NCBI RefSeq assembly: GCF_009914755.1
Contig: NC_060927.1
Length of the DNA stretch: 64,000 bases
Source of the DNA: the human T2T-CHM13v2.0 reference genome, Homo sapiens
Strand: one strand, 5' to 3'
This document shows positions 26,154 to 39,800 of the stretch, in pieces; positions within the stretch are counted from its first letter, which is position 1; every line of letters starts with the position of its first letter. The notes beneath the pieces are model-generated. The model did not search any database. It was not told where the DNA came from and was given only the letters and a program-made list of their open reading frames with translations. Position numbers and translations under genes: made by a program.

Positions 26154-28589
26154 GGCTGGATGGACTGAGGAATGACTAGGTTCTGTGTCCCTATTGTAGA
26201 GTTGGGTTTGAGCTGTCCCCTACATGTGATTTGGTTATAAGAACTGTCATCTTCCTGAGATGTCCTGGCCTGGGGTGACTACCACAGGCCCTTAGATTCC
26301 ACCCTCTCAGCTTCTTCACCTTCCTAGTGAAGGACACCTCCACTCTCCCAAGGTGCGGCCCTTGAACTGCTCCTCAGTGTGTCCTCCTCCTTCACCTGCC
26401 TCTGGATCCATCACCACGCCTTCTCCCTCCTGCTTGCTCTCTGTCTTTGCATTTCCCATCACCACAGCTGCGACCTGAAGACAGGCTTCTGCTAGTTCCT
26501 GGCCGGATGAGTACAGCATTCCCTCACATAGTCTCCTTGATTCCAACCCCCCGCAGAAGGTATAGGGATAGAAGAGAGTTTAAAAACTACTTCCCTGTGT
26601 AGAAGTCTTTGTTTGCTCTCTGCTGGCATAAAGGCTTAACTAAGTCTTAGCTGGCTGACGAGGCCCCTCCTGAGGGGTTGAGATCTCAGGACTCCAGGCC
26701 GAATGAACCACATGCAGGTCTGTGGACAGACAGACTGTGCTCTCTCATGCTGCATATTCTGGCTACGTGCACTTTTCTGGGAAGGGTCATTGTCCACCCT
26801 CCTCAGGCTAGATTAGGTCACCCTCATTTGAGGGCCTGTAACATCCTACACATTCCCCTATGATCTCATTTTCTCCCCATCTTATGCCTTTTCTGTTTAC
26901 TGGATTATGTTTTCCACTGGACTTGATCTCTTTGAGGGTAGGGGCCTGTTAGCATTCAACTGTATGTCCGAGGGCCCAGGACAGGCCTTGGTACAGAGTA
27001 AATATTTGGTGCATGCATATCGGAATGAATGAATGAATGAAGAGGTCATTTCCCACTGCCTGCACCAATTACCCATGCTCTTATGGTGCTTTAAACAACT
27101 GGCCAAATAGAGTTCAACAGTGGAGGAAGCTTGCCTTGAGGTTAGACAAGTTAATCTTTCAATGGAAATTCAATCCTCATATTTCATTTTCAGGCCACTT
27201 TGCGTAGCAAAGTAGTTTAACTCATAGCAGATTTCTGCCATGCTGATGGTTAATTTCGTGGCCCACAGAGGGTCAGCACACTAATGCCGGGAACACGGCG
27301 ACCTCAGTGCAGCTCACCGCACACAGTGAGGGCCCAGCGGCCCTGTTGTTTTAGAGAAGCAGTTCTCAAACATCCTTCTGATTTTGAGTTAACAGGGGTG
27401 ACCCTTTCAAGAACATTTTTAAAAGCTATAACATAGATCCCTCCCAGATCGTATATTTTCCTTTCTCCATGCAGTTCAAAGGGGCTGAGTTGTCTCATAG
27501 GTTTTTGCCGGCAATCTTCAGCTTGACCCTGGTTGTTTAAATCTGCCGGAGGAAATTTGAACAAAGTTGTACTTTGGTAATTCTTCTGCCTCTGTGAACC
27601 TTTAACCTTGGGGTTTCTTTTCGAGCCAGGGCTGCATTGTCACCAGTCGTCCCTGCTGGGGCTTTCAAAGAGCATTGTCTAGGGCGTCTGTTTTCACTTT
27701 GCTACTGGAGTTCTTTTGAGGAAGGGTATTAATTCAGACCTGACTCTGAGACAGGACGAGCACTTTTAAACTTGCCCCAGAGCTTGGGGATGGGGAAATG
27801 AGCGTAATGCAAGCCTGTGGCTGATGCCAGTAATTGTTCTGCAAATAGTCTGTGAGGGTGAAGGGAGAAGAGGCCCTCCAGAGGCAGAGGAATGTGCCAG
27901 CTGTCCAGTGGGAGGCCACAGCTTTGCCCAGGGTTTGTTGACTACATGACAAAAAGAGGTCACTGTCTCTGATCACTAGTTCTGGGTCCAGAGTTCCTCC
28001 TGAATGTAAAATTCCTGGAGTGCCAGGTTGCTAAGAACCTGGGAGGCCAGAGGTGAACCTGGGGCTCCATATACCATTACCAAGTGCTTGCATGGTAAAA
28101 AAAACTTTCTGGGGAGAGAGAGGAAGGCTCCCTGAGGCAAGAGGGTAGAGATTTGCTCTGCTGCTGTCCTGGTGCTGGCCTGAGCCTTTCTGAGTGAGTA
28201 TCCCTCTGTAGACCAGGTCACTCACCTCCATCAGCTAGCCAGTTTCACCCTTTAGTTCTTCTTGTGTCTTTTCACAGGAAGCCCAAGACACCCATAAATG
28301 TGAAATGTCACAGTCATAGGCCCCCTGGGGCTTCGAGGCTGTTGTCATGGGTGTGCAGTGTTTGAAACTGGACCCTAAGAGGGGAGGCCCTCTGGTACCT
28401 CCCCAGGCATCTCCTTGCTGGTTCTGTCACTTACTCTTTGCGACAGGTTGAGAGTTGTTTGAACATCTGGCTTGTTCCGTGGCTTTCTTTGATTTATTTT
28501 CCCAGGATTCTTAGTGTCCTGAAGATTTGGTTAGGCGACCTTATTCCTTAAGCTCAGATGGTATAGAAGGAAAGGTGGATCATGACATT

Positions 28590-29000
28590 AATTCATTCAA
28601 CAAACTCCGAGCAACTACTGCTTGCCAGGGGTTGAGTTTCTAGTGGTCAACAAAGCAGAAGTGGCTTCTGCTTTCATGTAGCTTCCTGTCTAGTTGGGGA
28701 GGCAGATGGTACAGAAGTAAATAAAACATGCGGAATTATAAATTATGTAAGTGCTAAGCAGGACAAGACAGGATGCCCAGATAGGGACTAATGGATGTGG
28801 GGCATCTACTTTAGTTTGGAGGCCAGGGAAGGCCTTTCTGAAGCAATAAAGCTGAAGCTAAACTATGGCACAAAAGCCCGTCCCTGGAATGTTGGGAGGT
28901 GTTCCAGACCAAAGGTGTAGCACACATGAGGGTCCTGAGGCTGGACATCTCCTGGGGCTAGCTACGAGTGAGAGGGTATCAGCTGGTTTTCACACAGCAG
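28590..29000 (-). mobile_element. L2 LINE fragment
   Basis: attcattcaacaaa...gccagggg...ctagttggggaggcaga...gccagggaaggcctttctga. Confidence 0.6.
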
Positions 29001-29921
29001 ACCTGGTGTTGCAGGTATATTTGGACAGATGCATATATCTGGACTCTCTGGAAGTCCCAGTTTTGCTGAAAGATAAGCGTGGCACATCCTATCATTCTGA
29101 AATAGGACACGGTGAGACAGAAGAAGGCAGGCCAGCCTTCTGGAGATGCCTGGTCTCACTATGGCTATCCTATTGGCCTTTATCCATCCTTAGTCTTATT
29201 TCTGGTACTGTAACCCCTTATTTCCATGGTAGAGGGATGGGCTGATGTGGAATCAGCGTTGGCAGGCAATCCTGGCAGAAAGTGAATTAGACATTTTTCA
29301 CAACTCTGTGATTGTGTTTGGTCATTAAACATTGGCCCACTGGCTGCTTATGACTTGAATGCCACATGGAGGTTAAGGACACATTCCTGAACCACTAACT
29401 CAAGAATTAGACATCAGAGATACTAAGTATCTAACATCATAGAATTGTAAATAAAATTCCCCTGACACCTAGACCTCGTCTCACTCCTGGTTAGTGCTCC
29501 TTTCCCTGCATAGCCTCACAGAGCACAGGCCCTTCATGCTTCCCTCCATCCCCTTTCCTGCGGGGCTGCCTCTTGGGCTGAAGGCAATGCATGGCGGTGG
29601 GGCAGGCGGCATATTTTGCCTTTTCTTTTTCCTCCAGAAACAAGTTTGGCATGGGACTTGGTCAGTCTTGATCTGTGCCTGGAAGTGTGAAGGCGTGGGT
29701 GCAGATGTTGGGATAATTTTTGTACCTCAGAACCAGAACTGGACACTCACTGTAGGGAAGACCAGCTCCTCACCCTCCGCCCCGCCTCCCCCGCCTGGCC
29801 CGAGGTTCCTGTTGAGCAGGCATGGCCTAGCCTCAGACTTGCATGCATATTTTTCTGCTGTTGATTTTCTCAAATTCTTTCACAAGGGAACAGTAGTTTA
29901 CATCCTTTAAAGCTTTCTTGA

Positions 29922-30165
29922 GGCTGGGCACGGTGGCTCACGCCTGTAATCCCAGCACTTTGGGAGGCGGAGGTGGGTGGATCACCTGAAGCAGGAGTTC
30001 GAGACCAGCCTAGCCAACATGACGAAACCCCGTCTCTACTAAAACTACAAAAATTAGCCATGCGTGGTGGTGAGCACCTGTAATCCCAGCTACTTGGGAG
30101 GCTGAGGCATGAGACTGCACTCCAGCCTGGGTGGCAGAGTGAGACCACGTCTAAAAAAAAAAAAA
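29922..30165 (+). mobile_element. Alu (AluS-type) with an internal right-arm deletion
   Basis: ggctgggcacggtggctcacgcctgtaatcc...; TSD aaagctttcttg (29909 / 30163). Confidence 0.93.
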
Positions 30166-31434
30166 GCTTTCTTGGGATACCAGTGTGGTCTTCTGGTGAC
30201 AGAACCTTGCCCACAGGTTAGAGGAAATAATACTTTCAGCAACACCCCCAGCTTGGGGGATCTCAGAAAGAAGGGCATGTTGCCAACTTTTGAGGATTTG
30301 TCTGAGAAACAGCAACCTGGCATCCCCCTAACTCCCTGCTTTTTTTCCCTCTAGAATCAAATAGAATCTCTTTTCCTGGCAAAGATTTCCTAGATAAAAA
30401 GAGGTACTACTTAGTCATTTTTGTAGGTTCGTTAATAGTTTCTAAAAGTTTTTAAAAGTACATAATAAGAAAACTTGTTATGGCAACCAATAAAGTTTCT
30501 TTTCGAGGAATGAATATTTTCTAGGAAAGATAAGAGTCAGTTATGTTTGGTCTGATTTCTTCAGCTGAATCTTTCCCTCTTCCTCTTATCTTGAAATCTA
30601 TCTCATAAGGCAATCTGGGGACACTTTAGCAAGCACTCTGGTAACAGATGTGTGTCCTCCTCTTCCTGACACATCTCCCAGCCCTGGAGACCCAGCTGTA
30701 CAATCGCAAACTGTCCACAGGGCGGTGGGGTGGAAATCATCTCCATGCCGACTCCGAACTATTTGGTGCACAAGAGGGCAGTATTTGCTTACAGTCTTGG
30801 ATCGGGATGATCAATGTGTAGTTTCACAGGTCAGCATAGTTAAAATGACCTCTGACTTTTTCAAGACAAAATAAACTGTAGGCCACAGCCATGATGGCTT
30901 CCCATAGATGCCTTTAAGTGTCTGATCCCTTCAGAAAAATTGCTGCTTGCTATCTTTTTTCCTTAAAAAGAAAAATATTGTTTCTTTCAAGGTTTATTTT
31001 TAATTTTTTTTTAATCAATGAAAATATGGTTTGCAGGCTTGTACCTACAATGGCAGAGGTTAAAAAGTGTTGCAAAAGCAAAACAACTGCTTTCTAATTA
31101 AAAACCAGATGGGAAGATTTTTGTTTGAAGCAAGGGGTCAAATGTATTTTCTCCCCCTTTCATATCAGTGTAAAGATTATCTGACTTAACTTTTAAAGCA
31201 TTTGAAGATGTGGGCTTCAGTCATCAACCCTTCTATACTCAGTTTTGTTTTTCTGCAAGTTCACAGTATTAACCAAAGCAAGGACTTTCCAGGAGAAAAA
31301 AAGGAGATCTCCCTGCCTTCCAGAGGCACAATGTTCTATCTGAACCATAGGCCATGTCTGCTTTTGTATAATGATTTGCCTTTTTAAGTTCTTCCATGGT
31401 GTTTTTCTATAGAGACTTTTAAGCCAGAAAGACA

Positions 31435-31754
31435 TAGCTGGCCCTCCAAATCTGTGGATTCAACCAATTGAAGATTGAAAATATTAAAAAAAAAAAAAAA
31501 TGAAAACAACAAAAATAACAATTCAACAACAAAAAAATGATATGTTTAAAAACACAATAGAGTATAGCAACTATTTACATAGCATTTTTATTTTATTAGT
31601 TACAAGTGATCTAGAGATGATTTAAATATATGGGAGGATATGCATAAGTTATATGAAAATACTCTGTCATTTTATATCAGGGCCTTAAGCATCCTCAGAT
31701 TTTGGTCCTTCAGGGGTCCTCAAATCAATCCCCCACAGATAACAAAGGACAGTG
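31435..31754. mobile_element. MER2 (TcMar-Tigger) MITE
   Basis: gccctccaaatctgtggattcaaccaa...ctatttacatagcattt...atctagagatgatttaaa...tcccccacagataacaaaggac. Confidence 0.8.
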
Positions 31755-32082
31755 GCATTGGTTTACAACTCCTGTCCCACCAGATTCCAGCCTATGCAAG
31801 AATTGGGATCTCATATCTTTCTGCTCTCTCTTCCTCAAACCTGGAACTTCTGATTTGAGGTGCCTCCATAACTTTAGCACCCAAGAGAGTTTAACTGAAA
31901 ACAGCAGTGGTAGCAAGGCCCAGCACATTAAGGACATAGTGATGGTCAGGCCGAAGGAACCCATGCATAGGGGTGGCCTGGGTCTAGCGGAAATGCCACC
32001 TGGCCTCTCTGAGCCTGTCTGTGCACCTCAAATGCAGATGATTATCTCACAGGGTGGTTGCATCAAAGATGTCCATAAATAA

Positions 32083-32298
<216 letters not shown>

Positions 32299-34714
32299 TA
32301 AGCATATGGAGGTGGTGGGGCACTGTTGGACATGAGGATGGAGACACAGACACTGATTCTTGATTGCAGACAAACCAGTTCTTTCTGGATTATTCATTTA
32401 TTTGATTCATTGAGCATGTCCATTGCTTGGTCCCTTGGAGCATCTGCAGCAAAGTGAAATGCAATCTAGATGGGAGGTGCCATGCTGCCGCCTCGATCCT
32501 CTGATAGCAATCGAGGAGAAAAGCTGGGTTCCGAGGCTTAGCCCTGTATGAAATCAGATGTCTTCTTTTACTCTTTTGTAATCGCAACATAAATCTTCCA
32601 AAGGGAGTATGTCTATAAGATAGATGCCACATAAGCTGTGGAATGTATTAGTATGTGTGACATCCCTGTGGTCTTTTAATTGATCAGTGGCATTTAATGC
32701 AAAATTTGAATCTGACCACACAAAGTAGGGAGAACCCTGGGTGGCCTTCATGTTTGCTTCCCCGTGAAGCTCCTGTCCTGGCTTTTATTAGAAGGGTCTG
32801 GGTAGGAAAAGAAGGGTTTTGAGCTGAAGGCTTTCAAAAGAGGCCCACGCCATGTTTTTCCGGGAACATAGTTTCTAAAAAAATGCTGGAACCATCAGTT
32901 TCCAAAGGAGCCTGGTTTGTGAGGGGAATGAAAAGTTGTTCCTGCGTGTGGATTCTGGGTTGTTTTCCATCTTCACTCCCTAAGGCAGGGCTGGCAAGCG
33001 GGGAATGGGACAGATGTTTTGTGGTAGTAATTTCCAGTCAGATTCTTGAATGCCTTGTATACTCTGGGTCACCGTCAGCTCATAATGGAGCAAAATTGAG
33101 TGAGAATTCCTGCAATGAACGACGTGAATGGCGCACCGGAGAGATATGATGGTGGAGATAGAGTGCATTCTGCAAGAAAATATTTCCAGTGCTATCTGTA
33201 AAATTCAGATTGAATAACCATTCTGAAGTGCTCCCCTTTTAAAAGAGTTTCCTTCCACAAGCATTGCAGGCTGAGTAAATACCAATAATTTTTATTTCCC
33301 TTCTCCTTATCGGTTCCCCTACTGAAATGTTCCTGCACAGCCTATCTGGTCTTTTCAAGTGAACATCAAATGATTAGTGTCAGCTTCCAGTTTGAATTAT
33401 GATCATATTTCAAAACACAAACTTCTTCACTTTTGCGTTTGGAGGTAATTATCAATATTTACCAATACTGGGGAAGAGTTGAAAATGGAGGAAATACTGC
33501 TGAGAGAATGGTGCCCCAAGTGAAGATAGCAGGGAGGGGTTGTGTGTGGCCTTGTGTGTACAGTGGCAGAGTGCTTCAGGGGCTTGGCCTGCCACGTGGA
33601 TGGCCTGCTCTCTTCCAGCCCTATCCGCATTCTCGCACAGATAAGTGAGAGGAATGGTGGGCACCCAACTGCAAGGCGATCTCTTAGGGTTGGGCACTAT
33701 GACAAGGCTAGAAAAGCTATTTCTGCCACCTGGAGGAGGAAACATTGCTCTGGCCGCTGCTCTCAGAGGCCCTCCCCTCTGTTTCCACAGATCCTGCTCT
33801 CTGACTGCCATGGCCTGGTACGAATGCCCTTTGGTGAAAAAGGCCAGTGAAACCCAGGGCTGGTTTAAGGCCTGCGCTGCAGCCTGGAAAGCAGACTAAC
33901 ACAAATAGACTGTGCTGCCATCACACAGAAAATACAGTTTACAATACCTACATCAGAGTTGAATCCCAGTGTACTAGGTGGCGTTCTCTTGCATTGTAGT
34001 AGGCATTTAATTGAACTTTGAGTAATTTCAGTTTTTGCAGTTTTCTTTTTGTATTTTGGAGCCAGTAAGTTTTTTTATGTTTGCAAACACTCTGTAAGCT
34101 TTGGTGCTTTGCTTATTGTGCCTAATTAATAGTTGCCTCTGGAAAACGCAGAGGAGGTTTCAGACTGCCTCAAAGAACTTCCCAGAGAGTGGAGAAGCTG
34201 CAGCACAACAGGCCTGGGCTCTGGAGTCAGGAAGATTGAAATTGGAATCTTGGCCCTTCTGCTGGCTTTTTGTATTACTGTGGACGTGTAGCTTTTCTGA
34301 GCCTTCATTTCTTCACCTGTTTAAAACAGGAGAGAAAGGGAATAATGCCTACCTTCGGGTTTGCTGTTAGAGTTAGCAGTAACTGTGATACAGTTAGCAT
34401 CATTCTGGGTGCAAGGTAGACACTTGGTAAATGGAAGCAGGCCTTACTGTAGGGTTAGTGCACTGCAGGCTTGGCACCAGAATGTAGCCACTTCTGAAGT
34501 CCTTGGGGCAGTCAAAAGTCCTCTTCCCTCAGCATTGCAGACAGCAGGAAAGAGCATTGCAATTATGCAAGAGCTATGTTTCAAAGAAGGAAATGAAATT
34601 CTTGAATTTTTTTAAGGCAAAGAAGAGGGAAAAATAGATTTATTGTTTTAGTTGGCTATTCAATAGGATGCAGGATAAAGCTGGCCTCTCTCCTGTCTAA
34701 TGTCATCATCGGCA

Positions 34715-34852
34715 TTCTCTCTTTTTCTCTCCTTCTCTTCCTCCCTCTCCTCCCCCTCTGCTCTACTCCTCCTCCCTTCTCTTCCCACGCCTCCCCCCGC
34801 TCCTCCTTCCCCTCCTCTTCTTACTAGTACTGCTGCAAACCCCCCCTTTTCT
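34715..34852. repeat. CT-rich polypyrimidine tract
   Basis: ctctctttttctctccttctcttcctccctctcctccccctctg... Confidence 0.75.
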
Positions 34853-36634
34853 CCAAGTCAACCCCAGGTCCTGAGCCTGGGATTAAATCTCATGCTCTGG
34901 AGATACTCTAATGCTAGGAATTATTTCCTCTTTTGTGGTCTTTGGTCTTTCCTTCAGGTTTCCTGTTGCTTTCTAAGGGAGGTGCCAGGTGCTGGCCCTG
35001 TGGCTAGTTTTGGCTAGTGAGGAATGCTGTAAAGCAGCTGTGACACCAGCGTGCAGCAGTCCTACTGCTGTGCAGCCTGGGCAGTGGGTGGTGACAGGGT
35101 GGCATTGGAGTGAACAAGGTGTGGGGAAGACGAGCGTAGGTGGAAAAAATGTAGACCGACCTTCTCGGTAAAACTGGCCTGGGATCCCAGGCAACATGAA
35201 GGCTGGCAGATGCTGAGGGAGTTCTCTAGGGGAGGCTGATAAAATTCGACATCACCTTACCATTTAATGAGTCCCAGATACATGGGCTATGCCAGCCCAA
35301 CAGAGTGCAGGCTTTGGAAAGCCCAAATGAAAACGACATGGTCCCTGCTGTTGGGGGAACTCATAGTGCTGGGAGAAGCCTGCTGGGCCTCTTTTTCAGA
35401 AGGAGGGAGAACATGGGTTTAGTAGTGAGCCCTCTAATTAGGCCTGCAGGTAGGCCTCAGCGTGGGGCCTGGATTTGCACCCTGTCCTTCGGTTAGAGGT
35501 TTGTGACACCCATAGCTGTGCTCAGTTAAGTGGAGCAGTGGAAAGAGCTGAGGCTCAGCATGCTGGTCCACGTTTGAATCCTGATGGACCAGCTTGTGAG
35601 AATGCACAGCTCTGAGCCTCAGTTTTCTCATCTTCAAAATGGGGAGAATAAACTTACAAGTGTTTTCGTGTGTGTGAGAATCCAATGAGATAAGCTAAAT
35701 GTAGTATTTATCTCAGTGTATGGAACCTATACTCTGTAAGTGGTGTTAGCTATTGTGATCATAATTTAATATGACTTAAGTTTTAATCTTTATACGACTT
35801 CATATAAAAATAAACCATTTGTCAGAAATCTTATTTTCCTTTTTTTTTGGTTGGGAAGGCAGGCTAGATGGATGGTCTCTGATACCACGTGTAACATATG
35901 ATTTTTGTCTCTGTTTTTAAATTGGTGATAATCCGATTGGAGAGAAACTAAATTAATATACTTGAAGTAATCAGAGTATGGGAGCTTAACTGCGTTGATC
36001 GGCTGTAAAATTGTGAGTGCAGTTAGAGTTAAGACGAAGAAGGCCACGAAGGGAAAAGACCCAACCAGAAGACACACACCAGAAGAGAAATGTGGGTGGA
36101 GTGTTAGCAAGCCACACGCCTTGTCTGCCGGGAGAGACCAGTCTGCTGGAAGCAGTGGCTTGTTTTATGTTTGCACACTGATAGGTACCAATCACTGCTA
36201 CATGCAAATGTACCCAAAAATATGTGATGACAGGAACTTCTCTTGAAATAATTTATGCATTAATACTAAAGGAAAAAAATGCATAGAACAGCATAAATTG
36301 CAAACATGGTATAATTGAAAAAGCTTGAGGTTTAGAGTCTGAGAAACTGAATTTGAATCCTGGCTTCAACATTTGTTAGCTATATGGTCTTGGGTAGATT
36401 ACCTTCTCTGGGCCTCAACTTCCTTGTTTGCAAGATCAGAAAGAACTATTTTAAGGATTAGAATATATATCTAGTACATGATAAGCTTTTAATAAACATC
36501 ATTACTATTATGACCACTATTTTACTACTGATAATAAAGACTCCCGGCCTCACATGACACTCCATTGCCAGCTATAAATGTGGTCTTCCCTGAGATGCTG
36601 TAATTTTTTTCTGTAGTTTAAATGAACATACTGG

Positions 36635-36670
<36 letters not shown>

Positions 36671-36800
36671 TTTGAGACAGAGTCTCGCTCTGTCACCCAG
36701 GCTGGAGTGCGGTAGCATGATCTCAGCTCACTGCAACCTCCGCTTCCCAGGTTCAAGTGATTCTCCTGCCTCAGCCTCCTAGGTAGCTGGGATTACAGGC
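36635..36800 (-). mobile_element. 5'-truncated Alu (right arm) with a (TTA)n tail
   Basis: (tta)n, then gagacagagtctcgctctgtc...gggattacaggc; TSD catactggattatt on both sides. Confidence 0.9.
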
Positions 36801-39800
36801 CATACTGGATTATTGATTCAATGTTGTGGGGAGGCTTATAAGTGAATTTATATGATTAAGTTTTGGAAAGCTTTTTTTTGTTGATTCCTTATCTTAAAAC
36901 CAAGATAAAAAAAGCCTTAATAGCTTAATATTTTTAGGGTCTGAGCCAGGCCTATGTGTTGGCCTGGGGAAGAAAGGGAAACATTCAGAAAGCTTTAGAT
37001 TTTTTAAAGACTTGTTGGGGGTGTCCTCCTTTCAATTGGAGAAATAGTGACACCACCCCCACCCCCACCCCCACCCGCATCTCTGGATTTTACTGTTTAT
37101 TTTTTGGCACACGTTTCCAAATACATCAAATATAAATGATGCATTTTGAAGTTTTTAAACTATCAATAAAGCATTAGACCTTCACAGGGGTTTTAAAAAG
37201 GTCTTGCTGACTTTTCGTTTCCCCAGATTTGTAGGTCTCTGAAATTTCTGGAAGCTTTCTCTGCATCTCTAGCTGAGCCAAAACGCACCTCTGTTTAGAG
37301 ATGGTAAAGAACTCCATTTGAGGAGTTCATTAAACTCCAAAGAATCTCCCCCCGTTCATTCTTTTTGTGTTTTGTTGCGGCATAGATTGCTTAAACCAAG
37401 TGAGAAATAGCTGTGAGTTTTTTTGAAACTTGGAGATACTCATTTTTGTCAAATTTGTCTTGAAGGAGCAGGCTCAAGTTTGCTTTTATAAATAGGAAAA
37501 TTGATTTGCAAAGAGATGAAGGCAGAGTATCAGACAGGAGATGACGTGTGGCACATTTAGAATTTGGAGAAACCATAGCCATAAAGAATGAGTAGACACA
37601 CATTCTTTATATAAATGGGTAGGCCATCTGGTTCTCAAAAAAATGCTTGTTGACAAACATGATAGACCTCAAGGTGAATTTCAGACTTTTGGATTAGTTT
37701 ATGTGCATGTTGGTACATGTGCAGAAGCTCATGGCAAAATAATGTACCATAATAAATGCAAGTTCAGCAAATAAAACATAGTTCAGAGTCGAGTTATGTG
37801 GTAAAAATGCATGAACTAAGTAATTTTCAGTGAAGGTTTTATTATTTTATAAATGAGGTCTTTTTAATTGCCTTAAAAGACTCTCTTTTAGGAAAATTTG
37901 AAATATGAAAGTCATCTTATTTTCATGTAAAATGAAACATTTAAATACCTTTTTTCTCATGAAAATTTCTAGCATATAAAGTGAAACTGGAAGTAGTTTT
38001 GTTAAGTAACTTGTATTTTGGGGGCTGAGGAAAAGCACTAGAAAATTCAGCTCCTAAAGATCATTCTTCATGAGATGTCAATAGCCTCCAGACAAATTAT
38101 CATGTGAATATTTTCTAAACCATAAACAAATTTTGCTACCATTGTGTTTAGACTCAAAGTTAGTTTAAAAGAGAAATTTCTAAATGAAACTTCCTAACGG
38201 TCATTCAGATTGGTAGAAGTAATATATAAAACCCAAGGACAAAATGGCACTTTGTTTTTTTTCTATTAAACTCTTTTGCTGTTTGCTGTTTCAAAAATTC
38301 ATACTGAATCTTTACAATGAAACATTTGTGAGTCCAGGAGCCCAGAACCCTAAATGAATTCAGATTGACTTCTTTTTCTGTACGGTCTATCAAAACCTTT
38401 TCACTTTACCACAGACCAGAAATTATTTCTCACTGTTTTCTGTGCCTTACTCCTTTAATCTCCAAATACCTGTTACTACTATTGTAATTGTTATTTTATT
38501 GTAACAGTTATTGTTGTTACTGCTATTGAACAAGCTTTGGATGTTTGGTTTGAAAAGATTCAATCAAGTATTTTGATTATGATGACTAGTGCCTGTGTAT
38601 AGCTAAGCAGTGAAGCAATGCAGAGATTTTATAAATATTTTTAGGGCATTTTTTTACTGTGATTGTAGGGAGTAAGATATTTGTTTTTACAGGCTGGAAA
38701 GATTGCTGTGAATTTTAACACTTGGGAGTCACAGCTTTAATTCTGATTTAGTCTACTAAAATAAATAAAAATTAGCCGTTGATACTCTTTTAAATGAATG
38801 GAACCTATTTCTGATTCTGATTTTTCTGAAGCAGTCTCTACATTTCCCAAAGTGCCACTTCCCAAGGTGGACAAAACATGTTCTGTGCAGGCGAAATGTG
38901 AGATGCTGGCTGCATAGGGGAGGAAGGGGGAGAGGAAGCTGTTTGCAAAACTACTTAAAATAAATTTGAAGGGTCAAACATGGAACACAGTTGCAAAAGA
39001 GAAAGGAAAAAATGCCTTAGGTCAGTTCAGCTAGAATCGTGTAGGCATTCGCATTGGCTAGAGGGTTAGTTGTGTATTTCTTGCTAATCAGATACAATTG
39101 GAGCAGATAATATTTGAGTATCTGAGGCTAGATCTCATTGCCTCTATATCAGGGAAATGAACCAAAAGGGGCAAGTTTTAAAAGTTTGATTTGGGGAAAC
39201 AGATACCATTTAGGAGAGAGATGGTAGGCTGTGTTTACCTCGTTGTCCGAAGGCTGCTCAGACTTTAGTCAGCTCTCCAACTTGCAGCTTGTCCCTCAGA
39301 GATGCAGTCGTGGCTTGGGCCGGCAGACGGGCTTGCGTTAACATTTCATTTAAAAGCGATCGGTACTTTTAAATTAAACATGCAAAGTTATCTTGGTGAG
39401 GTATTGAATGGGAGGTTGCTGGATTATTGAATTTGGCCCAAAATTTAGCCAGTTCAGCAGGGATTTTGGGGTCTGAAGCAATTAATATGCAAGTACATTT
39501 GAGTCAGCAAGGTAGGAGATTACTGTCTTATCAGAGTAAAAAAAAAAATTCTTTTTCCAAGATCCATACTTTTTTGGAGGTAGATAAAAACTCCATTGTT
39601 TGAGATTCATGTTTGTGAGTGACCACCTCAAATTGCCAGGTTTTAACCACTAAAACACAGAGGAGGGAATAATTGCATTTAAAATCTCTGATCTGTTATT
39701 TGCATTATGCTTAGCATAGAGGAGACCCCAATTTCCTTCCTCATGTTTTTGTTTTTTTTTGCCATTTTGTTAACATAGATTGAGAGGAAACTTAATTTTC

